Shown: positions 8,466 through 18,438, numbered from the stretch's first letter. The stretch: DNA of 27,657 bases from Candidatus Poseidoniaceae archaeon (GCA_029250385.1 JAQXFJ010000217.1:1-27657), one strand, 5' to 3'. The notes: a model not told the origin generated them from the sequence alone. Made by a program: numbers and translations.

Positions 8466-9374
8466 ATGGGATTTCTGCGAACAATGTGTGGGCTTGTTGC
8501 CCTTAGTGCAGGTTTGTTTTATCTAACATCTGCCTCGAGTTTATCAGACGATGGGAAATGGATTTTGATTGGCTTGACCTTCGCCTCAGCCAGTACATGG
8601 GTGCTTATCGGCAGCAGTCCTGTGAATGCGCAAAGTCATAATTTAGTAGTTCAAGATGACGCAGAAGATTTAGTTCTAAGCGATGATTTGGCTGAAGCAG
8701 AATCATCTGAATCAGATATACCTCAGCCCGTCAAACAAGAAGAAAGGCTAGACGGAGTGTCCTTGAAACAACGGAAGTTAGCAAAAATAAAAGCAGCAAA
8801 AGTTGAAGCAGAGACAACTCAACAAGATGGTGAAGAACTTACTGAAGTTCAAGTGTCTGTTGAAAATATACATCAAGCAGATGAGTATGTAGTTGAGGTC
8901 AGCCCTGAATCAGTTGAAGATGCAGATATAGAACTAACAGTATCCAACCGTCGAGTACAACATCAAGTAATTAGGGAACGTATAGAAAAGCGAAGAAGAA
9001 ACCAACTTGCTGAAATCCGTGCATCTACTGTAAAAATGTGGGAACAACACAACGAAGGAGAGGATCTTGTTGGTGTTTTACAAAACCCCAATCATGGCCA
9101 AAATATCTTGGAAGAACCGCTTAAACCACAGGCTGGACATGTCTACGGTGCCACATTTATCAGATTGGATGAAACCAGTATTTTGAAATTGAGAACACCG
9201 TTAGATTCTGGGTTTGAAGAGGTAGAAAAGAAAGTAAAACTACCTGAACTACCTAGTCCTGTTGGAATGCCCTTGCCACCACTACCAGATGGCTCCATGC
9301 CATTACCACCGTTACCTAACCCCAATGCTAGTGATGCCTTAGCAGCACTAAAAATGCAAATGGATGAGGATTGA
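8466..9374 (+). CDS. hypothetical protein: two N-terminal TMs, acidic/coiled-coil middle, Pro-rich C-terminus, 302 aa
   Basis: Long ORF with typical composition; no family recognised. Confidence 0.75.
   Translation: MGFLRTMCGLVALSAGLFYLTSASSLSDDGKWILIGLTFASASTWVLIGSSPVNAQSHNLVVQDDAEDLVLSDDLAEAESSESDIPQPVKQEERLDGVSLKQRKLAKIKAAKVEAETTQQDGEELTEVQVSVENIHQADEYVVEVSPESVEDADIELTVSNRRVQHQVIRERIEKRRRNQLAEIRASTVKMWEQHNEGEDLVGVLQNPNHGQNILEEPLKPQAGHVYGATFIRLDETSILKLRTPLDSGFEEVEKKVKLPELPSPVGMPLPPLPDGSMPLPPLPNPNASDALAALKMQMDED
9267..9317 (+). repeat. two-copy MPLPPLP tandem repeat (30-bp period)
   Basis: ATGCCCTTGCCACCACTACCA (9267-9287) and ATGCCATTACCACCGTTACCT (9297-9317), separated by codons for DGS. 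Confidence 0.7.
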
Positions 9375-9378
9375 GATA

Positions 9379-10092
9379 ATGGTTGAAAGCCATTCTAAGG
9401 TAGTAGACAACAACCTAAAATTGGCTCTACTCGGGTTTACGCTTGCTGCAATAGCGCCAACAATTTCTGTTGTGACAGGATTTGTTTACCAAGCTGGACT
9501 GTTGGCAATAATTGTATTTTTTATCACCAAAATTTGGATGTTTGGCCTTCCAGCATTTTGGCATTTAATCGTTGAAAAGAGACCCGTATCATACTCAACT
9601 GCTAATTCAGGGGGTTGGAAAATTTCCGGTTTGCTGGGTGTTTCAATGTGTGTGGTTATTTTTGCTGCTTATTTTTTGCTTGGTGAAAAATTATTGAGTT
9701 CAAGTGATTTAAAATCCATTCTAGAGCCAGTAGGATTAACCAATAAAAAGATATTTTTTGTTGCAATAATTTATTGGATATTTGTTAATTCAGTCCTTGA
9801 AGAATATCTTTTCAGATGGTTCTTGACGACTAAATTAGAACAACTTATTGGTGGTTATTGGCTACCGATTATTATCTCTGCTTTGATTTTTACAATTCAT
9901 CATACTATTGCCTTATCATATTTCATCAGTCCGTTAGGTAACTTCCTTTGTTCACTTGGATTATTCATAGGTGGAATAATTTTTTCTTGGCTCTACATGA
10001 CTACGAGAAGCATTTGGATCCCGTGGCTTGCTCACGCGATGTGTGATGTGGCAGTATTTTCGATTGCTTGGCATTTAGTGATTGGATTTTGA
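9379..10092 (+). CDS. CPBP/Abi (type II CAAX) intramembrane protease, 237 aa
   Basis: NSVLEEYLFRW (EExxxR), FTIHH and AHAMCD motifs in a multi-TM protein. Start ATG 9379 (or 9364). Confidence 0.88.
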   Translation: MVESHSKVVDNNLKLALLGFTLAAIAPTISVVTGFVYQAGLLAIIVFFITKIWMFGLPAFWHLIVEKRPVSYSTANSGGWKISGLLGVSMCVVIFAAYFLLGEKLLSSSDLKSILEPVGLTNKKIFFVAIIYWIFVNSVLEEYLFRWFLTTKLEQLIGGYWLPIIISALIFTIHHTIALSYFISPLGNFLCSLGLFIGGIIFSWLYMTTRSIWIPWLAHAMCDVAVFSIAWHLVIGF

Positions 10093-10093
10093 A

Positions 10094-10936
10094 TCAACTA
10101 TCACGCCAATTTGGCTTAGTTCTTGCCATGAATGACTTAACGCCCTCCACCTTGTCATCACTATCGAATAACTTGGCAAATTCGTCTGCTTCTATTGCTA
10201 CACCTTCATCTAATGAATTATTCAACGAAGCTCTGATCGTTCTTTTGGCTGCTTTGGCAATGAATACTGATTTACTAGCAATCACATTCGCCATAGTCAT
10301 GGTAATGTCATATAATTCTTCATTAGCACAGACTTGGTTAATCAGCCCAATTTTTTCTGCTTCTTCAGCACTAATCATCTCACCTGTCATAATCAATTCG
10401 AGGGTTTTTCCATAACCGATTAACTTACTCAATCGTTGTGTTGCTCCATATCCAGGTATCAATCCCAAATTTATCTCAGGGGTGCCAAACTTAGACCGCT
10501 TCGAGGCGATTCTAATGTCGCATGAACAAGCGACTTCACAGCCTCCGCCCAAGGCAAATCCATCAATCATAGCAATGCTTGGTTTGGTTAAATTCCAAAT
10601 TGCCTCCACCGCATTATCGGTAAATTTTATTTTGGCAGCCTTGGAATCCATATCGACAAATTCAGAAATATCTGCGCCTGCAACAAAGGCGTTTGGTTTA
10701 GGTCGCTTCCCTTCAGTGGGTTGTAATGGTTTTGCTCCAGTAATTACAACACACCTTATACTGGTATCTGCTTCTGCCCAATCGCAGAAATTTTTCAGTG
10801 CATCCATCACTTCAGAATTGAGGGCGTTCAATTTATTTGGCCGATTTATGGTTGCTAATGCGATAAAACCGTTAAGTTCTTCCTCGCTTACTGCTACCTG
10901 TTCAATTGATAAAACATTGGATATAGGGGCGTCCAT
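10094..10936 (-). CDS. enoyl-CoA hydratase (crotonase), 280 aa
   Basis: INRPNKLNALN, AFVAGADI, GFALGGGCE and PEINLGLIPGYGATQRL; both catalytic Glu present. ATG 10936; the track's extension overlaps the ABC gene. Confidence 0.92.
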   Translation of the reverse strand: MDAPISNVLSIEQVAVSEEELNGFIALATINRPNKLNALNSEVMDALKNFCDWAEADTSIRCVVITGAKPLQPTEGKRPKPNAFVAGADISEFVDMDSKAAKIKFTDNAVEAIWNLTKPSIAMIDGFALGGGCEVACSCDIRIASKRSKFGTPEINLGLIPGYGATQRLSKLIGYGKTLELIMTGEMISAEEAEKIGLINQVCANEELYDITMTMANVIASKSVFIAKAAKRTIRASLNNSLDEGVAIEADEFAKLFDSDDKVEGVKSFMARTKPNWRDS

Positions 10937-11021
10937 AACCTTGCCAAGGCAATCACCTTGAAGATTTATTCTATTATGGTTTAATCCAATATTACATAGA
11001 ATAGGACATTTTAGAACAAAT

Positions 11022-11798
11022 ATGAGTGAAACCGCTCCTTTGGTAAAAGCATTAGATATGGCCAAAAAATATGGCGACTTTATTGCCCTCCATCCGTTGA
11101 ATGTTGAAGTCCATTCAGGTGAATTTTTTGGGGTTTTTGGACCGAATGGGGCAGGTAAGTCGACTTTCATAAAATTGCTAACCGGTCAATTGAAACCAAG
11201 TAAAGGGCGAATTGAGGTCTTGGGGATCAATGCGATTAAACACCCCCAAAAGGTGAAAGCGAATATTGGTATTGTTCCTGAGTCTGAATCGCCTCCATCG
11301 TATCTAACACCAGTAGAGTTTTTGCAATTTGTTGCAAAACTTAGAGATTTAGACGAGGTAGATGCCAAGGTAGAATACTGGATGGAATGGTTTGGCCTTG
11401 AGGATAAGCGTAATACTATGTGTAAAGATTTGTCAAAGGGTCAGCGGCAAAAGGTTATGTTAGCATCTGCTTTTATCCACAAACCAAAGTTGCTATTTTT
11501 AGACGAGCCATTTGCCAATTTAGATCCGATTTACCAGCGCAAATGCCGTGAGTGGCTATTATCTCATGTTAAAGATGGAGGGACAATATTTCTGTGCTCG
11601 CACGTACTTGAAATGGCAGAGAGAATGTGTAATCGAATGGCGATAATTAACGATGGCAAGGTTTTGGCAGCAGGCACTGTTAGGGGCTTAAAGCAAAATG
11701 TTGAGGAGACACTTGAAGATGTTTTCATTCGATTAGTTGGGCGTTCTATTGAAGATGTTGAAAGTTCCCCATCAGATGCTGAAAATGAAGAGGAATAG
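11022..11798 (+). CDS. ABC transporter ATP-binding protein (ABC-2/CcmA-like), 258 aa
   Basis: Walker A GPNGAGKST, signature LSKGQRQK, Walker B LFLDEP and H-loop CSH. Confidence 0.95.
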   Translation: MSETAPLVKALDMAKKYGDFIALHPLNVEVHSGEFFGVFGPNGAGKSTFIKLLTGQLKPSKGRIEVLGINAIKHPQKVKANIGIVPESESPPSYLTPVEFLQFVAKLRDLDEVDAKVEYWMEWFGLEDKRNTMCKDLSKGQRQKVMLASAFIHKPKLLFLDEPFANLDPIYQRKCREWLLSHVKDGGTIFLCSHVLEMAERMCNRMAIINDGKVLAAGTVRGLKQNVEETLEDVFIRLVGRSIEDVESSPSDAENEEE

Positions 11799-11800
11799 TA

Positions 11801-13498
11801 ATGTCTGGTGCATCTATTTCTTCAACAAATTGGAGTGATACTAGAGATGACAATATTTCAGAGGAGAGTCTGGGTACAAGTTCTGAAGGAAAAAAATTAC
11901 TCACTCCCCTTAGGGGCGTGTCAGCTTTTTTGGCAACGTTCAAAGTAATGTACAAAGAAGAATTTCGTAAAAATGTAGAATTCGCGAAGGCTAGGCAAAT
12001 GGTGCTATTCCCGTTACTACTTGCCCTAGTTACTATGGTCTCCACCATTGGTTTGCAATTTCTAGTTGGTGATTCTGCTGCACAAACTAGTGAGACTAGC
12101 GTTAATAGTTTCACTTGGCAAGAGTTACGTTTTGGGCTTCACCTACCGTTATTGATGTTTAGTCTCGGAATGGGCACATTTGCTTTCATGGGCCGGGATG
12201 CTCTAGTGAGAAGGACTGCATCAAAGAATCATTTATTGGCTTCTCCCGCGTTACAGCCGCTGCCTAATTCAATGGCACACTTTGCTTATTTTGTTAAAGA
12301 CTTGGTGTTTTATGTTATGTTGATTTTATCACCAATCATCTTAGGAATGGGCCTTGGCAAGGGATTAGACACATTGTTCGGTATAACAACTCCGCTGGAA
12401 TACACCAGTTTGCCTTGGACTTGGTTTGCCATGGTAGTCACTTTAGCCCAAGGATTGGTTCTTTCATTTTTGGCATCAGCATTGTGGATGCGAGGTAGAC
12501 CTTTCACTATCTTTGGCCCCCTCTCAGTAATTTTATTTGGCATAATTGTTGGAGTTGGTGCGATTGATATTGAGTTTATTCTCATAGGATTGCAAATTCA
12601 AACTGAAAAGAATGCGTTAATCGGCTTTATTGGATTTGTTTCATGCATTGGACTGGGTTATTTTTCATCGATGCTAATAATTGACGATTTTGATGTAAGC
12701 GTTGTAGAAAAGGGGGATTTATTTCGGCCAATGTATGGCAGACTCTCCTTTTTGGGCCGTGGGGAAATAAGGATAATAGTCGCCAAAGAATTTGTTGATT
12801 TATTCCGCTCAGGCTCAATAAAAAAGATGATTGTATCTTACACAATACCGCTTGCAGTGCTACTGGGGATGGCTTGGCTAATCGATTTTGCTGAGGCGCC
12901 AATCCCGATTAATTTATTGTCGTATGCGCCGTTTTTGGGCTTTTTTGGTTTCAATTTCTACTCTTGGCTGACAATACTTGATTCCCCGGAATTCATGAAC
13001 GGTTTGCCGGTTAAAGTGCCCCAGCTAATACGAGCTAAAGTACTGGTATACTTCATAATCACTTCTTGGATATCATTGATATTCATCATCTTGATGGCCT
13101 GGCGTTTAGATGAATGGACATCTCTACCCACAAGCATAATAGTAATGTTTGCCAACTCGATTTACATTGTCGCTTTAACTGCATTTTTGATGGGCTTAAG
13201 GCCTAACAAAGCCATCTTTGATGCATCAATTATGATCTGGTTTTGGATCGGCACAGTATTACCTCTACTCGGCTTATTCTTGTTGTCGTTTACTCAGGGT
13301 GATGTCTCACTGTATGGTAACTGGTGGGAGAGGGCTTCAGAGGATGGATTAGCTGCAACCGCTTCGATGTATGATGAAGGCATGGTTAGGCAAGGATACG
13401 TTGGTATGCTGTCGATATCTGCATTCTTATTATTTGCTTCAGCAGTTCTTTGGAAATTGATGGATAGACGATGGGGCGCAGCAGAATTCGATAACTAA
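11801..13498 (+). CDS. ABC exporter membrane subunit (about 12-14 TM), 565 aa
   Basis: Polytopic protein 2 bp downstream of the ABC ATPase. Two-lobed organisation (YKEEFRK... and VAKEFVDLFR... lead-ins). Confidence 0.7.
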   Translation: MSGASISSTNWSDTRDDNISEESLGTSSEGKKLLTPLRGVSAFLATFKVMYKEEFRKNVEFAKARQMVLFPLLLALVTMVSTIGLQFLVGDSAAQTSETSVNSFTWQELRFGLHLPLLMFSLGMGTFAFMGRDALVRRTASKNHLLASPALQPLPNSMAHFAYFVKDLVFYVMLILSPIILGMGLGKGLDTLFGITTPLEYTSLPWTWFAMVVTLAQGLVLSFLASALWMRGRPFTIFGPLSVILFGIIVGVGAIDIEFILIGLQIQTEKNALIGFIGFVSCIGLGYFSSMLIIDDFDVSVVEKGDLFRPMYGRLSFLGRGEIRIIVAKEFVDLFRSGSIKKMIVSYTIPLAVLLGMAWLIDFAEAPIPINLLSYAPFLGFFGFNFYSWLTILDSPEFMNGLPVKVPQLIRAKVLVYFIITSWISLIFIILMAWRLDEWTSLPTSIIVMFANSIYIVALTAFLMGLRPNKAIFDASIMIWFWIGTVLPLLGLFLLSFTQGDVSLYGNWWERASEDGLAATASMYDEGMVRQGYVGMLSISAFLLFASAVLWKLMDRRWGAAEFDN

Positions 13499-13570
13499 TT
13501 CATATTGAGTGCGACTTCATGCATGTTGAATAATAGGTACTTTCATGAAGTGCCAACACCACCACCTGTC

Positions 13571-14125
13571 ATGGGAAAAGTGGTTGCCGTGTGCGGGATG
13601 CCGGGTTCAGGCAAAGGCGAGTTCGCTAAGATTATTGCTGATCAAGACGTGCCAGTTAGGTCGATGGGAGACATGGTAAGAGCAGAGGTTTCCCTAAGAG
13701 GTCTTGACCCAAGTCCTAACATATTTGGCGAAGTGGCTGCGGATTTAAGAGCTAAACATGGTGAAGAAGTTCTTGCAGTACGCCTTGCAGACGAAGTAGA
13801 TAGTTTACTTCTAACTCACGCAGTAGTGCTCATTGAGGGGATGCGCGGCACAGCCGAATTTGAAATATTCTCGAACAGGTGGCAAGTGGATTTTAGCAGT
13901 ATGGCAATAGTAGCGTCGAAAGACATCAGATTCGCAAGAACTCAATCCCGGGGTCGCTCTGAAGATGGCAATTACGCACAATTTGAAACCCGTGAAAAAC
14001 GCGAGGCGGGATGGGGTTTGATGGACCTCATCAATACGGCTGATTTCACTATAAAAAACGAAAGTAGTCTTGAGGATCTAACCTACCAATCACAAATTTG
14101 GTTGTCTGGCCTTTCAGAAAATTGA
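13571..14125 (+). CDS. UPF0200 / dephospho-CoA-kinase-like nucleotide kinase, 184 aa
   Basis: VAVCGMPGSGKGE, SMGDMVR, IEGMRG, RGRSED, E..WG and AD..I.NE motifs. Substrate not established. Confidence 0.8.
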   Translation: MGKVVAVCGMPGSGKGEFAKIIADQDVPVRSMGDMVRAEVSLRGLDPSPNIFGEVAADLRAKHGEEVLAVRLADEVDSLLLTHAVVLIEGMRGTAEFEIFSNRWQVDFSSMAIVASKDIRFARTQSRGRSEDGNYAQFETREKREAGWGLMDLINTADFTIKNESSLEDLTYQSQIWLSGLSEN

Positions 14126-14195
14126 TTTTGGGACCCTCATTTAATTACTAGTGCGGCCATTTCATACAGTGTTTTCACCGAAGAGTTATAGTTGT

Positions 14196-14221
14196 CCGAT
14201 GCGTGTCATAGAATGCATCGG
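14196..14221. promoter_or_regulatory. inverted repeat CCGATGC-N12-GCATCGG upstream of the pilus operon
   Basis: Perfect 7-bp arms (14196-14202, 14215-14221) between a TTATA element (14186-14190) and the G-rich SD of the ATPase. Confidence 0.4.
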
Positions 14222-14235
14222 CGGGGGGTAATGGT

Positions 14236-15768
14236 ATGGCAAGGAAACGTGGAAAGCGCGGCGGCGGCGGAAAACGGCAGCGCGCACAGCAACGCGCACA
14301 ATACGATGAGTTGGACAAATATCCAGTAATGCCTCCGCACGCATTCGCTAGAGTAGTTCGTGATAAACAGACTCTGAATATCATTTACCAGATTATCGAA
14401 CCTCCTATGACCAAGAAAGAAGAGCAGTATCGTGATGAAATATTAGACATATTTATCCGTTCTCTAACTGCTAATATTGAAGAAATCGATGCTGACCCAG
14501 AAGCTTATTTGAGGACTGCAATGGACAAGGTAATCAAATCTTACGGGATGAAGATTAACAAGAAATCCAAATCTAAGATTTTTTATTATCTGCGCCGCGA
14601 CCTGATTGGTTACGGCGAGATGGATGTTTTGATGAATGACGCCAACGTCGAGGATATTTCTTGTGATGGAACCAATGTGCCGATTTTTGCATATCATCGA
14701 AAATTTGAATCCGTAGAAACTACATGTCTTTGGCCAGATGATCACTCACTAGAATCATATGTCATCAAATTAGCACAACGGTGCGGCAAGCACATCTCCG
14801 TTGCGGATCCACTACTGGATGCGACGCTTATGGACGGTTCTCGAATTGTCATGAAACTTGGTCACGAAGTCTCAACCAGAGGTTCCTCGTTCTGTATTAG
14901 AAGATTCAAAGAAGATCCTTTCTCTCCAGCGGATATTATTGCTTTCCGTACAATGTCATCACTCATGGTTGCGTATCTATGGATAGGGTTTCAAAATGAA
15001 GTTCCAATGCTGTTTGTCGGCGGTACCGCTTCTGGAAAGACAACAACTCTTAACGCAATGTGCATATTTATCCCGTGGCAAATGAAAATTGTCTCTATTG
15101 AATCTACCAGAGAAGTAAACATACCTCAACCTAATTGGGTTCCTGGTCTTACAAGGCAAGGTTTTGGTGGAGAATCTACCGAAGGCGTGATTGGGGAGTT
15201 CGAACTGCTCAAAGCTGCATTGAGAGAGCGGCCCGAATACATCATTGTCGGAGAAATTCGTGGTGCTGAAGCATATGTTCTGTTTCAAGCAATGGCTACT
15301 GGTCACTGTGCTTATTCTACAGTGCACGCAGACTCTGTTCCCTCACTCGTTCACCGTCTTGAAAACAAACCAATCGACATTCCTCGTGTTCTATTACCGG
15401 CTCTTGAAGCATGTTGTATTCAAATTCAAACTAGGATTAACGGCAAGCGTGTAAGACGAACTAAGCAACTTGTAGAGATTGTCGGTATAGATCCTAATTC
15501 ACTGGAAGTTATCACCAATGAAGTGTTTAGATGGGATGTTACTTCAGATGACTTTGTCTTCAGTGGAAAGTCATATGTCTTAGAGAAGATAATGGTTAAA
15601 TTAAATTATTCACAAGATGATATGCGCAGAGAATTAAGAACTAGGAAAAGAATTCTAGAATGGATGGTTCTGAATGATATAAGAAAAGCAGATCAAGTAT
15701 CTCAAATCGTTACAGAATACTACGTTCGTCCGAATGAGATTCTTGCTCGTGTTGACGGTTTGCGTTGA
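14236..15768 (+). CDS. type II/IV secretion (type IV pilus) assembly ATPase, FlaI/TadA/VirB11 family, 510 aa
   Basis: EDISCDG, LMDGSR, GGTASGKTT, SIESTRE, LRERPEYIIVGEIRGAEA, AMATGH and STVHA motifs. Confidence 0.95.
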   Translation: MARKRGKRGGGGKRQRAQQRAQYDELDKYPVMPPHAFARVVRDKQTLNIIYQIIEPPMTKKEEQYRDEILDIFIRSLTANIEEIDADPEAYLRTAMDKVIKSYGMKINKKSKSKIFYYLRRDLIGYGEMDVLMNDANVEDISCDGTNVPIFAYHRKFESVETTCLWPDDHSLESYVIKLAQRCGKHISVADPLLDATLMDGSRIVMKLGHEVSTRGSSFCIRRFKEDPFSPADIIAFRTMSSLMVAYLWIGFQNEVPMLFVGGTASGKTTTLNAMCIFIPWQMKIVSIESTREVNIPQPNWVPGLTRQGFGGESTEGVIGEFELLKAALRERPEYIIVGEIRGAEAYVLFQAMATGHCAYSTVHADSVPSLVHRLENKPIDIPRVLLPALEACCIQIQTRINGKRVRRTKQLVEIVGIDPNSLEVITNEVFRWDVTSDDFVFSGKSYVLEKIMVKLNYSQDDMRRELRTRKRILEWMVLNDIRKADQVSQIVTEYYVRPNEILARVDGLR

Positions 15769-15783
15769 TAGGGGGATACAAGT

Positions 15784-16803
15784 ATGGAACTTACTGCATG
15801 GCAAAGATTCTGCAATAGAATCCTCGGAAGAGTGTTGAAGAAACGCGCCCGCAGAGATGCCAAACTGTCAGAGAATCTGATAAAGGGCTCCATGGGAATT
15901 ATGCCCGAAGTATATCTCTCAACAGTAATTTTCACTTCGATAGCTATCGCTGTTGTATGTTGGGGGATTGTAGGGATTTTCTTTTTGCCTGAAATAGGGG
16001 TAATTGCCTTTTGGGAGAGCCTTCAAGATCCAGCAACAGTTAACGCATGTTTAGATTGGGAATACTGGGAACCAGAATTAATTGATAAATCCAAACCAGG
16101 AAACGGGTGTCCAGATTATGCAACGCGAATATTCCCTCCACCGCTAAAATTGTTAATTCTAGTTCTTGGCGGTGCAATCATTCCATATGCAGGTTTCTTG
16201 CTTGTTAGAGGCGGTGCAAAAAGAGAAGCAGACAGACGAGGCGCTCAAATCGAAAAGTACCTACCATATGCAGCATCATACACTGCAGCAATGTCTGCAG
16301 CAAATGCAACCCCAGCCAAAATATTCCGTTCATTAGCAATGAATAAAGACATTTACGGAGATGTTTCAGAAGACGCCGGATTAATTTACCGAGATGTTAC
16401 CCTTTTGGGTTATGACTTAATTACCGCGATTAAGATGAGTGTTGATAGAGCAGCATCAATTTGGTTGACTGAGTTTTTCCAAGGTATGGTTGGAACCTTA
16501 TCTTCGGGAGGTTATCTCAAGTTGTATTTCCTTAATCGTGCCGAACACTATATGCGTGAAAACCGCACTAGGCTACAACAATTCCTTGAATCAATTGCCT
16601 TGTTAGCAGAATCGTATATTGTAGTCGCAGTAGCTATGCCATTGTTCCTTATTGTGATGCTGGTAATTATGTTCTGGGTTTCAGGTTCTGGTGCTCAGAT
16701 GTCTGAAGGGATGCTTTATGGTATCGTTCTAGGATTCATACCAATGATTCATCTGGCATATGCAGTATTAGTCTACACGAGCAGTAAAGATCAAGAAATG
16801 TGA
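15784..16803 (+). CDS. type II secretion system F-family platform protein (TadB/TadC/FlaJ-like) 1, 339 aa
   Basis: GIMPEVY; IEKYLPYA..Y...MSAA; G.DL.TAI; EFFQGMV..L.SGG.L..YF; LALLAESY. Confidence 0.88.
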   Translation: MELTAWQRFCNRILGRVLKKRARRDAKLSENLIKGSMGIMPEVYLSTVIFTSIAIAVVCWGIVGIFFLPEIGVIAFWESLQDPATVNACLDWEYWEPELIDKSKPGNGCPDYATRIFPPPLKLLILVLGGAIIPYAGFLLVRGGAKREADRRGAQIEKYLPYAASYTAAMSAANATPAKIFRSLAMNKDIYGDVSEDAGLIYRDVTLLGYDLITAIKMSVDRAASIWLTEFFQGMVGTLSSGGYLKLYFLNRAEHYMRENRTRLQQFLESIALLAESYIVVAVAMPLFLIVMLVIMFWVSGSGAQMSEGMLYGIVLGFIPMIHLAYAVLVYTSSKDQEM

Positions 16804-16812
16804 GGTGAAAAA

Positions 16813-18426
16813 ATGGCTAGGAAGAAAAAGAAAAAACTAGTTGTTGAACTAGATCTTCCTAAAGATGATAAGACGCTAAAGAACCTGTATATCATCATCT
16901 TTTTCTCAGTAATCTTAGGTTTATCTTCGGGTATTATGTGGGTGACAAATTCGGGATTTATCCCGACTGCAAATGGCGAGCCAATGTTCACCAATGTGTT
17001 TTGTGGAGCTACTGCTCAAGATGATCTGGGTAACGATTATTCTGCAGAATTTAGTGGCAACCTCAAACCAACTTACCAAGCAAATGAATCATGTTCAATA
17101 TTGCAGGATGACGCAGACCATCTAGAGTGGTCAGAAAGTCCATGGGTAAATTTCGTCTCCAAAGCCAAAACGTTTGATGTTCCTGGAATGCCAGAAGAAA
17201 ATAAAGGCACTGTAGTAATCCAACAGCCATTATCTCTCGATTGCACTGTTGAAGCAACAACCCCAACAAATTATACAGTAATCATAAGAGATTCCAATGC
17301 CAATTTGGTGGATTTCTTTGAGGGTAAAACTGGCAAGGCGAGTGACGTTTGTAATATTGAAGTCGACAACATGGAGCCAGATACCCGATATGAAATTGCG
17401 ATATTTTCGCTTGAAGACGGTAAGAGAATCAGTTCAGCCCAATTCGATATGACTGTTGACTTTTATGACGGAATACCAACTAATATGAATAATAAATCAT
17501 TTTGGCTTGGTCCCAAAGTAGAGTTGGGACCTCTTGAATTAAGACCAATGATATTTCTTAACTTCTTTGGCTTAACCTTCTTTTTGCTACTATATCCAGC
17601 ATCTTACTATTGGGAGAAAGTTGAGACAAGGAAAAATGAAATTGAAGCAAAATTCCCTGATTTCCTAAGAGATATGGCGGAGTACTGGAAAGGTGGTCTT
17701 TCTATGACAGTTGCTGTACAGACATTGGTAAAATCAGAGTACGGTGCGCTTAATGATGAAGTAAAGAAGATGTCTGACCAACTAAGTTGGGGAATAAAAT
17801 TTAGCGACGTGATAAAACAATTCTCAGAACGTGTTGGTACTCCTTTGGTTAAGCGTGCTATTACCCTTATTGCAGAAGCGGATAGGGCTGGTGGAAAAAT
17901 CTCTGATATTCTGGTTACTGCTGCCAATGACTCAAGAGAAATCAAATTCTTAGAAGGAGAACGAACGAGGGCTATTGGGTCATACATTGCGGTTATATGG
18001 ACTTCTTATTTCGTGTTCCTAGGGGTAATTACTCTGCTAGGTAAGATATTTATTCCAGCGATTGCAAAATCAAACTCAGGTGATGAAGGGAGCGGAGACT
18101 CTGGTGGGGCAAATATTGGGAACATGACAATAAGGGCAATCGATCCACTCTTTTTCGTCACTGTTTTCTACTACGGCGTCACAATGCAAGCAATCGGTAA
18201 CGGATCTATGGCAGGACTAATGCAAAATGGCAGATTTTCGGCTGGTTTCAAACACTCAGGTATGATGATTGTAGCTGCACTACTTGCCTTTAATTTATTA
18301 GTATTCAGTCCAGACCTAATCGGTGATTCGAGTTATGGATTTGCCCAAGTGATCACTACTTCTGACTCAATGTATACTGTGGGGCTTAATCCTTCAGGTG
18401 GTGCTTTTGTGCCTGCGTCTATTTGA
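16813..18426 (+). CDS. type II secretion system F-family platform protein 2 with a large extracellular insert, 537 aa
   Basis: IEAKFPDFLRDMAEYWKGG, YGALNDEV..MSDQLSWG, F.ERVGTP and AGGKISDIL motifs. About 200-aa soluble insert after TM1. Confidence 0.88.
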   Translation: MARKKKKKLVVELDLPKDDKTLKNLYIIIFFSVILGLSSGIMWVTNSGFIPTANGEPMFTNVFCGATAQDDLGNDYSAEFSGNLKPTYQANESCSILQDDADHLEWSESPWVNFVSKAKTFDVPGMPEENKGTVVIQQPLSLDCTVEATTPTNYTVIIRDSNANLVDFFEGKTGKASDVCNIEVDNMEPDTRYEIAIFSLEDGKRISSAQFDMTVDFYDGIPTNMNNKSFWLGPKVELGPLELRPMIFLNFFGLTFFLLLYPASYYWEKVETRKNEIEAKFPDFLRDMAEYWKGGLSMTVAVQTLVKSEYGALNDEVKKMSDQLSWGIKFSDVIKQFSERVGTPLVKRAITLIAEADRAGGKISDILVTAANDSREIKFLEGERTRAIGSYIAVIWTSYFVFLGVITLLGKIFIPAIAKSNSGDEGSGDSGGANIGNMTIRAIDPLFFVTVFYYGVTMQAIGNGSMAGLMQNGRFSAGFKHSGMMIVAALLAFNLLVFSPDLIGDSSYGFAQVITTSDSMYTVGLNPSGGAFVPASI

Positions 18427-18438
18427 GGAGAGGATTAA

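Noticed and set aside
10939-11003. Inverted repeats CCTTG-C-CAAGG (10939-10949) and TATTCTAT-N21-ATAGAATA (10967-11003)
   Set aside because: Short or AT-rich and plausible by chance; no second copy or linked regulator.
10937-11170. N-terminal extension of the enoyl-CoA hydratase
   Set aside because: It runs antisense into the ABC ATPase Walker A region; ATG 10936 is the plausible start.
13571-14125. Firm coaE (dephospho-CoA kinase) call
   Set aside because: The family resemblance is clear, but the substrate of archaeal UPF0200 proteins is not established, so no gene symbol is given.
14236-18426. Archaellum flaI/flaJ assignment
   Set aside because: Two separate platform genes and no archaellin, flaH, flaF or flaG fit a pilus-type system better.
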